Source: an uncultured Clostridia bacterium
Lineage (GTDB): Bacteria > Bacillota > Clostridia > RUG12999
Direction: 5' to 3'
DNA: 64,000 nucleotides
Assembly: GCA_934792465.1 (NCBI GenBank)
Contig: CAKVOK010000010.1
Span: forward strand, 3,426-67,425
Shown here in pieces: positions 57,692-64,000 of this stretch. The notes under the pieces were generated by a model that saw nothing but the letters and a program-made list of their open reading frames with translations, was not told the origin of the DNA and did no database searches. The stretch's first letter is position 1. Every line of letters starts with the position of its first letter. The translations under genes and the position numbers were made by a program.

Positions 57692-58489
57692 ATGGCATTG
57701 TTTAAAAAATCGGAGAAAGCGGAAATGAAAGAACGTGAAGACGGTTTAACGGATTATGACATATATGTTATGAACAAGAATGAAAGGATGTTTTATATCA
57801 TTCTTGCATATGTCGTTATATTTATAGTCGGATATATTTTTTATGAAAACATTATTTTGGCAGCGCTGCTTGGCTTATTGGCATTTAAATTCCCTAAAAT
57901 GAGGACGGGTCAGATAATTAAATCAAGAAAAAACGCATTAAGTATTCAGTTTAAAGATTGGCTGTATTCGCTGTCATCATCTATGTCTGCGGGGCGATCC
58001 ATAGAAATGGCATTCAAAGAATCGTATAAGGATTTGGAAATTATTTATACAAACCCGGAAACGCCGATAATGAAAGAGCTTCAGCATATGATAAGGCGTC
58101 TTGAAATGAACGAAACGGTCGAGGATGTCGTTCATGAATTTGCGGAAAGAACACATATAGAGGACATTATGAATTTTGCCGATGTAATTAAGATAAGTAA
58201 GAGAAGCGGCGGAAATCTTGTAGAGGTAATCAGAAGCACTTCAAATGTTATAGGGGATAAAATAGAAACAAAAGCGGATATTGAAACCACTATTTCGGGG
58301 AAAAAATTTGAATCGAGGATTCTTTGCTGTATGCCTGTTGTCATGGTGGCGATTTTGACGGCAACCTCCTATGATTATATGGAAAAGGTATTCACGACCT
58401 TGATAGGGCATGTTGTAATGACGATTTCAATAGTGATGTTTGTTGCGGCATTTTTTATAGGTGAAAAAATAATGGATATAGAGGTGTGA
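57692..58489 (+). CDS. TadB-like pilus-assembly inner-membrane protein (T2SS-F domain)
   Basis: Membrane protein with a GspF-like cytoplasmic domain, directly after the ATPase. Confidence 0.55.
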   Translation: MALFKKSEKAEMKEREDGLTDYDIYVMNKNERMFYIILAYVVIFIVGYIFYENIILAALLGLLAFKFPKMRTGQIIKSRKNALSIQFKDWLYSLSSSMSAGRSIEMAFKESYKDLEIIYTNPETPIMKELQHMIRRLEMNETVEDVVHEFAERTHIEDIMNFADVIKISKRSGGNLVEVIRSTSNVIGDKIETKADIETTISGKKFESRILCCMPVVMVAILTATSYDYMEKVFTTLIGHVVMTISIVMFVAAFFIGEKIMDIEV

Positions 58490-59433
58490 CAATGAGTGTT
58501 ATAAAAATAATTATAACGGCGGTATCGGGTATATTTTTGGCGATTGCGGCTGTGATTATTCTTTTAAATAACAAATGCGGCAAAGAAATATATGCAGAAT
58601 ATCGCAACTATCTGACAAAAGAGGATTGCGCACTTAAAGATTATATACATATCGGTTTGATGCTTAATGCAAAAATAAATTTGTATAAATATATGCCGGA
58701 AATATTGGTAACCGAAATGCGAAAATATAATGTCTCGATTAAAAATAAGATTACGGAGCTTTACGGCATAAAGCAATCTGATTTTTACGGCGAGGTACAT
58801 TCGGCGGAAAAGTGGTTGTATTCATTGCTCTGCTTTGCTTTGTGTTCGCTGTTTTCGCTTGCGGTCATATTAAACAACGGAGATATATCCACAAGTGCCG
58901 TTTTGCTCGGTGCGGCAATAATAGGGGCTGTAGGGCTGCCGTTTTTGGCTGATTATGAGCTTAATTCAAAGATAGAGAAAAGACGGATGTCAATTCAACT
59001 TGAGTTCCCTGATTTTGTAAATACATTGATTTTGTTAGTGAATGCGGGAATGACAATTCCGAAGGCTTGGGAAAAGATTGTTGGCGAAAGCAAAAAAACA
59101 ACGCCGTTATATACGGAGCTAAGGGTTTGTCTTGCGGAAATCGGTGCGGGAAAAAGCGAAACCGTGGCATACGAAGAGTTCGGCAGACGCTGTAAGGTGA
59201 AAGAAGTAGTAAAATTTGTTTCTGTTATAATTCTTAATTTGAGGAAAGGCGGCAGTGAGGTTGTATCGGCGTTAAAGCTGCAATCCGCCGAATGCTGGGA
59301 AATGCGAAAGGCGACAGCCAAAAGATTGGGAGAAAAGGCTTCAAGCAAGCTTATGCTTCCTATGGGAATAATGCTTTTGGGTATTATGCTGATAACGGTG
59401 CTGCCGGCTGTTCTGGCACTTATGTCTATGTGA
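58486..59433 (+). CDS. TadC-like pilus-assembly inner-membrane protein (T2SS-F domain)
   Basis: A second GspF-like membrane protein, translationally coupled to the previous gene (4-nt overlap). Confidence 0.55.
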   Translation: MTMSVIKIIITAVSGIFLAIAAVIILLNNKCGKEIYAEYRNYLTKEDCALKDYIHIGLMLNAKINLYKYMPEILVTEMRKYNVSIKNKITELYGIKQSDFYGEVHSAEKWLYSLLCFALCSLFSLAVILNNGDISTSAVLLGAAIIGAVGLPFLADYELNSKIEKRRMSIQLEFPDFVNTLILLVNAGMTIPKAWEKIVGESKKTTPLYTELRVCLAEIGAGKSETVAYEEFGRRCKVKEVVKFVSVIILNLRKGGSEVVSALKLQSAECWEMRKATAKRLGEKASSKLMLPMGIMLLGIMLITVLPAVLALMSM

Positions 59434-59509
59434 ATTGGTTACGGTTAAAACTTTGTTTTGATAAAAAACAAAATTTAATAAAACATTGCAGGGAAAGGGG
59501 GAAATAAAT

Positions 59510-59704
59510 ATGTTAAAGAGTTTTCTTAAGGACGAAAGCGGTATGGGAACTATCGAAATCGTTGTTATTATTGCTATTTTGGTTGGACTTGCGCTGATTT
59601 TCAGAGATGGTATTACAAATTATGTTAATAATCTTATGGATAAGATTTGGGATACCGATCCGGGTGCTACAGACGGAATGAAGTATGAAAAGAAAACCCC
59701 TTAG
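59510..59704 (+). CDS. Flp-family type IVb prepilin
   Basis: 64 aa: MLKSFLKDESGMG/TIEIVVIIAILVGLALIF. The Flp motif G-TIEIV follows a short leader. RBS aaGGGGGaaataaatATG. The track's upstream start is rejected. Confidence 0.7.
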   Translation: MLKSFLKDESGMGTIEIVVIIAILVGLALIFRDGITNYVNNLMDKIWDTDPGATDGMKYEKKTP

Positions 59705-59973
59705 GGTGATATCGTGATAGCAACGGTACTTATCATGGAGATTTTCTCCGGCAGCAATGACAATACATATCGCTCGGCATATACGGGCGGTATGTATTGA
59801 ACGGCGGTTATAACGATTGGCAGACATTATTTAATTTTTAAGAAAAGGTGCGGTTTTATTACCTTTGTTTAAAAATTAAATAATGCACCGGATTGGTATC
59901 TGCGGAGAAATGCATGAAAGGCCGGTCGGAAATTAAGATAAAACATCATATTATTAAATAATGGAGCGGAATT

Positions 59974-61077
59974 ATGGATAAGAAAAAAATAATTATAATC
60001 GTAATAGGTGCGATTCTTTTAATCGCTGCCTGTACAACAATCGGTGTCAGCGGCGTGTTAAGTCCGTATGAGCGGCAGATAGGAGTCGCTTACAAGCTTT
60101 TGGAACAGGAAAAGTATGAGGAAGCTATCTTGGCATTTGACAAGGCAATTGAAATTGATGTCAGACGTGCAAAGGCATATATAGGAAAAGCAGATGTTTA
60201 TGTAACAAGATGCGATAAAAAGACGCTTGACGATACGGAAAAGGTTTTGAAAACGGGATATAAACAGCACTATGATGATAATGCTTATGTTGACGCTATA
60301 ATTCGGCTTGCAGACGAGCTGTATACAAAAGAACAGAAGAAATGGGCAATTGATTTGTTAGACTTTGGTTATGAATTAACCAATGATGAAAGGATTAAAG
60401 AACGAAAAAATCAAATTATAGGTGAGCTTTCCGAAAAAATCCTGTCGGAATTATATACAATGTTTGAAAACGGTGAGGACGAGAAAATAAAAAAGGAGAT
60501 ACAGTCGGAAAAGTATATTGAATTTATGTCATTTGTTGATAATGATGAATTTAAGTACATATATTTCCCGGATAAAAATGCGGAACAAACCGGAAAGGGA
60601 ATCGCTCTTTATTATGTGGATTCCAAAAAATTCGGAAATATTTTCGTATATTACGGGGATTTTTCCGGCGGAGTCAGAAGCGGAACCGGTACGTGGGTCG
60701 GCGCAAGCGGAGAATCGTATTATTGGTTTGAAGGCGCTTGGAGTGATGATGCTCCGAACGGAGCCGGAAACGAAGTCTGGGATACTACTACAAACGGAAA
60801 AGATAGTGGAACTATATATAAAGCTTTGGTCAGCGGAAATTATGTCAACGGTCTTTTGGACGGAACATTCACTAAAACAGAGTATGTTACAGACGGTAGG
60901 GTGTTTACATTTAATGATGTTGTTGCAAATAACGGAGTGCTTGCCCGAAATGGCTGCGGGGAAGAAGATGAGGACGGCTATTGTGCGGCTGTTGGTGCCA
61001 TTGATGGTGTAGGTAAAGTGCATTGGCACTCTAAAGGTGGGTTAAACGGTGTTGAAGGATTTTGCGAAAATCAGTAA
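59974..61077 (+). CDS. Membrane-anchored protein with TPR-like helices and C-terminal MORN-like repeats
   Basis: N-terminal TM anchor, ..AYKLLEQEKYEEAILAFDKAIEID.. (TPR-like), and a C-terminal region with G-rich MORN-like repeats (YYGDFSGGVRSGTGTWVGASGESYYWFEGAWSDDAPNGAGNEVW). Confidence 0.5.
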   Translation: MDKKKIIIIVIGAILLIAACTTIGVSGVLSPYERQIGVAYKLLEQEKYEEAILAFDKAIEIDVRRAKAYIGKADVYVTRCDKKTLDDTEKVLKTGYKQHYDDNAYVDAIIRLADELYTKEQKKWAIDLLDFGYELTNDERIKERKNQIIGELSEKILSELYTMFENGEDEKIKKEIQSEKYIEFMSFVDNDEFKYIYFPDKNAEQTGKGIALYYVDSKKFGNIFVYYGDFSGGVRSGTGTWVGASGESYYWFEGAWSDDAPNGAGNEVWDTTTNGKDSGTIYKALVSGNYVNGLLDGTFTKTEYVTDGRVFTFNDVVANNGVLARNGCGEEDEDGYCAAVGAIDGVGKVHWHSKGGLNGVEGFCENQ

Positions 61078-61187
61078 GTGACCCGTGCTGCGGCTGCTCA
61101 TACAGCGAAGCTGTAATTCTTGTTGCATTGGAACGGAAGCATTTTGAAACGTTCGGCAGCCATTGATTAGCGAATAGGAGTACGAAT

Positions 61188-61805
61188 ATGAAAAGAAGTT
61201 CAAAAGGTTCATATACAATTGAAGCAACAATTGTCATATCGTCAATGCTTATTGCTTTGTGTGCGGTAATGTTTGCGTTCATGATAATGTACCAAAACGT
61301 TGTTATAATTTATGCGGCTTCCTACGGTGCTCAGCAGGGAGCGAGGTCGTGGGTTAATACCGGTATATCGACGGACGGTTCTCAAAGAGAGTATACCAGC
61401 GGATTGTACAGTGAAATAGCGGAAATTACGGGCGGCGGAGAAGTTGCCGCAAAAAAGACAAAAATAGAGGACGCTGTTAAAGAAAAATTGAAAATGAGCA
61501 TCTTTTCTGTTGATACGGCAGAAATCAAGGTGGATTTTAAAAATAGCATATTGCAAAGAAAGGTTGTTGTTGATATAAATCAGCAAATTCCGATACCGTT
61601 CGGCAGCATTGCAAAGTTTTTTAACAACGGAGAAGCATTTGCAATCAAGGCGAAAATGGAAGCAACGGTGGCAGAGCCTACGGAATACATAAGAAATATC
61701 GATTATGCAATGGAATGGGTACGAAGCGCCGGGAAATGGTTGAAAGAAACATTGGGCGGCGATGCGGGAAGCAAGGCGGCAAAAAAGATAAAGGGGTTGA
61801 AATAA
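61188..61805 (+). CDS. TadE-like pseudopilin
   Basis: N-terminus MKRSSKGSYTIEATIVISSMLIALCAV is a TadE-type leader plus hydrophobic helix. Confidence 0.55.
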   Translation: MKRSSKGSYTIEATIVISSMLIALCAVMFAFMIMYQNVVIIYAASYGAQQGARSWVNTGISTDGSQREYTSGLYSEIAEITGGGEVAAKKTKIEDAVKEKLKMSIFSVDTAEIKVDFKNSILQRKVVVDINQQIPIPFGSIAKFFNNGEAFAIKAKMEATVAEPTEYIRNIDYAMEWVRSAGKWLKETLGGDAGSKAAKKIKGLK

Positions 61806-64000
61806 TGCATAAAAAACAACAAAAAGGCGCTGTAACGGTGTTTTTGGTGATAATTTTGCTTGCATGTTTTATGTTTGGAGGCTTCTTTATCGATTCGGCA
61901 CGAATATTGGTTGCTAAACGCCATGTTAAAAATACGGTTAATTCGGCAGCACGCTCCGCATTGTCTTATTATGATGAGAGCTTGGTTGCGGAATACGGAT
62001 TGTTTGCCGTTGACGGAGATACCGTGAATGATAATTTTAATAAATATCTTGCCAATAATCTTACAAAATCAAAAGATGACGGAATGTCAATGTTCAAGTA
62101 TAAAATAAACAGTGCGCAGGCAACGCCGCAACGGGTGCTCGAGGGAGAAGAACTGCAAAGACAGATTGTTGAATATGAAAAATACAGAGGACCTGTAAAT
62201 ATGACCCTTGGGGTTGTGGAAAAATTTAAAAAAATTTTTGAAGATACATCCGTGGACACAGAAAAAATTTCCAATGCTACAGACAGTATAAACGACTTTA
62301 AAAATAAGTTTAAGGACAGAGGCGGTGTATTGGCTGCGGCAAAACGCAGTATAAAAAATACAGTAAAGGATAATTTGAAAAAGGGGATTAAGGAAAAGCT
62401 TTCAAGCGTTACGTCCGACTGGGTAACAAATACTTTGCCGGCAAAATTAAAGAGGCAATACGACGAGGCGGAAAAGCAACTGAAAAGTGCGGAAAAAACC
62501 TTGGAAAATTTGAGGATAGAACGAAATAAATACGAGGATGCGGCAAAGGCGGTATGTGACGGAAGCGAACAATACAGCACATCCGATACGGCAAATGATT
62601 ATATAGACCAAGATAAAACATTGGTTCAGCAAGCGGACGAGCAAATTGCTCAATTGGAGGCAGATATAAAAAAAGCAAAAGAAATTATAGATGATGTAAA
62701 AAAGGATATTGAGGCTGTGAGAAATCCTTTGGCGGCTGTTGTATTGAGTTGGGAAAAAGTAAAAGCGGAGCTGATTCCGGCGGAGCAGTCATACAATATT
62801 GCCAAAAGCAACAGGGAATCTGCCGAGAAAGAGAAAAATAATGCTCAATCCACTATAGATAAATATAACAAGACAATATCAAATGCCGGCGGAACCGTTT
62901 GGCTGTATGAAAAGGAAATTGAAAAGCTAAGAAATGCCAACGATGAAACGGCGCAGCTTTTGAACAATGAGGGCATTGATATTTACAACGATGAAGAATG
63001 GAAAAACTATTGCCGTTTGATTGATAAAAGCAATCGGACAAAAGAAGAAAAAGAGTGGATTAACAATATTGAAAAGCTGTATAATGATGTGTTAAACGCA
63101 ACATATATGAAAAAATATTCCATGATGAAGAATTATAAGGAAATATCATCATATAATTCAAAGCTTGCGGCAAAACAAAACGAATTGCAAAAGGCACAGG
63201 CTTCATTGGCAACAGCCAATAATAAACTTAATTCGGCAACGGAAACATATAACAGTGCCGTATCTGAAGAAGATACATGGAAACAAAAGGTAAATGAAAT
63301 AAAAGCGGAAATAAAAAGACTTGAAGATGATATAACAAACAAGCAGAATACTATGGCGAGTATTGCCGACAGATTAGATAATATTCCGGATTTTAACGTA
63401 GACGGAATTACGGTTCCGGAATTGAAAACGAAAGTGAGCGAGCTGGCAGATACGGTGTCGGAATACAACAGCTTGTTTGCACTTATTAAGAAAATGGGAG
63501 AAAGCCTGTCAAAAAAAATGTCTTCAGTGGTGACGGGAAACGGCGAACGTGTTGCAGATACGGAAGAAAAAAATCTTATTACACTGATGAAGTCGATTAA
63601 AACGAATATTAAGTCGATAATGAAAATATGTACAAACCCCGAGAGTCTGAGAAATGAAATGTATTATATTGATTATGTAATGGACAAAAGTACATACTTA
63701 ACATCTCAGACGTCAAGAAGCCATTATTTTAACAAGGCTGAGGTTGAGTATATTATTTACGGCTTTGATAGCCAGGGGGCTAATATAATAGCTGCTGTAG
63801 GAACGGTTTACAGCATAAGATTTATTATTGATTCCGCAAACTACTTCTTTTATAATAATCCGGCTCCGGAGCTTGTTTCAAGAATTGCTTATGCGGTAGG
63901 TCAAGGCGCAGTAAGAGCGGCAGTCGATATGGTGAATATGCTGGTTGATTTTGACGGCGACGGTGCAAAAGGCTGCGCTGTATGCCCGTCATTGGATGAT
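61805..64000 (+). CDS. TadG-like pilus-associated protein with a long coiled coil; the 3' end is truncated by the window
   Basis: The frame is open from ATG 61805 to the window end. It is not in the ORF track because no stop lies inside the window. The N-terminus ..GAVTVFLVIILLACFMFGGFFIDSARILVAKRHVKNTVNSAARSAL.. is a TadG/TadE-like N-terminal domain, followed by K/E-rich coiled-coil sequence. Confidence 0.5.
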   Translation, partial: MHKKQQKGAVTVFLVIILLACFMFGGFFIDSARILVAKRHVKNTVNSAARSALSYYDESLVAEYGLFAVDGDTVNDNFNKYLANNLTKSKDDGMSMFKYKINSAQATPQRVLEGEELQRQIVEYEKYRGPVNMTLGVVEKFKKIFEDTSVDTEKISNATDSINDFKNKFKDRGGVLAAAKRSIKNTVKDNLKKGIKEKLSSVTSDWVTNTLPAKLKRQYDEAEKQLKSAEKTLENLRIERNKYEDAAKAVCDGSEQYSTSDTANDYIDQDKTLVQQADEQIAQLEADIKKAKEIIDDVKKDIEAVRNPLAAVVLSWEKVKAELIPAEQSYNIAKSNRESAEKEKNNAQSTIDKYNKTISNAGGTVWLYEKEIEKLRNANDETAQLLNNEGIDIYNDEEWKNYCRLIDKSNRTKEEKEWINNIEKLYNDVLNATYMKKYSMMKNYKEISSYNSKLAAKQNELQKAQASLATANNKLNSATETYNSAVSEEDTWKQKVNEIKAEIKRLEDDITNKQNTMASIADRLDNIPDFNVDGITVPELKTKVSELADTVSEYNSLFALIKKMGESLSKKMSSVVTGNGERVADTEEKNLITLMKSIKTNIKSIMKICTNPESLRNEMYYIDYVMDKSTYLTSQTSRSHYFNKAEVEYIIYGFDSQGANIIAAVGTVYSIRFIIDSANYFFYNNPAPELVSRIAYAVGQGAVRAAVDMVNMLVDFDGDGAKGCAVCPSLDD

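Noticed and set aside
59714-59800. Possible second small pilin-like ORF after flp (GTG start, 28 aa)
   Set aside because: It has no Flp G/xxxxEY motif, no hydrophobic helix and no RBS, so it is likely non-coding spacer.
61242-62580. Minus-strand ORFs (207 and 203 aa) across the tadE/tadG region
   Set aside because: They are antisense to the plus-strand TadE and TadG-like reading frames, which have recognisable N-terminal pilin-like motifs. The minus-strand products are low-complexity.
1-64000. CRISPR arrays, rRNA genes, intact IS elements or prophage
   Set aside because: No regularly spaced direct repeats of 25-40 nt and no rRNA-like sequence were seen. The only transposase signals are the two truncated fragments near the tRNA cluster. 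There are no integrase, terminase or capsid-like ORFs.

Overview
This 64 kb window looks like a low-GC Firmicutes (Clostridia-type) chromosome segment. The evidence is the repeated TTGACA-N17-TATAAT promoters, GGAGG ribosome-binding sites, an SLH-domain surface protein and the hprK/prfA/thrS/murB/folD/ftsK/clpB gene content. The housekeeping backbone (thrS, prfA, hprK, a ROK glucokinase, murB, rapZ, rsmE, an aconitase-family hydratase, an amino-acid ABC transporter, potABCD, clpB, folD, ygiQ, ftsK) is interrupted by several accessory modules:
- 16.6-25.2 kb, minus strand: a TetR-controlled envelope operon encoding an MMPL/RND transporter, a YhgE/Pip-like secreted repeat protein, an HlyD-like adaptor lipoprotein and an SLH-anchored surface protein.
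- 26-28.8 kb: a GH28-like beta-helix gene and a small secreted protein that share a ~56-nt upstream element. The second gene has a 300-nt leader made of two tandem structured repeats.
- 33.1-34.9 kb: a tRNA-Ser/Leu/Pro cluster flanked by two decayed IS fragments (an ISL3 N-terminus and an IS1182 C-terminus).
- 35-39.4 kb: a DHHW-family protein, a CAP-domain protein, and a PadR regulator whose partner gene fuses a HAAS-type N-terminal domain to a SEDS (FtsW/RodA-like) membrane domain.
- 43.4-49.5 kb: a divergent pair of XRE regulators, one heading a 485-aa orphan protein and the other an array of four paralogous zinc-ribbon membrane proteins.
- 54.7 kb to the window end: a Tad/Flp pilus locus (tetR-tadZ-tadA-tadB-tadC-flp-MORN/TPR-tadE-tadG).

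No CRISPR array, rRNA or intact mobile element was seen. All functional calls come from reading the six-frame translations for family motifs; no database search was run.
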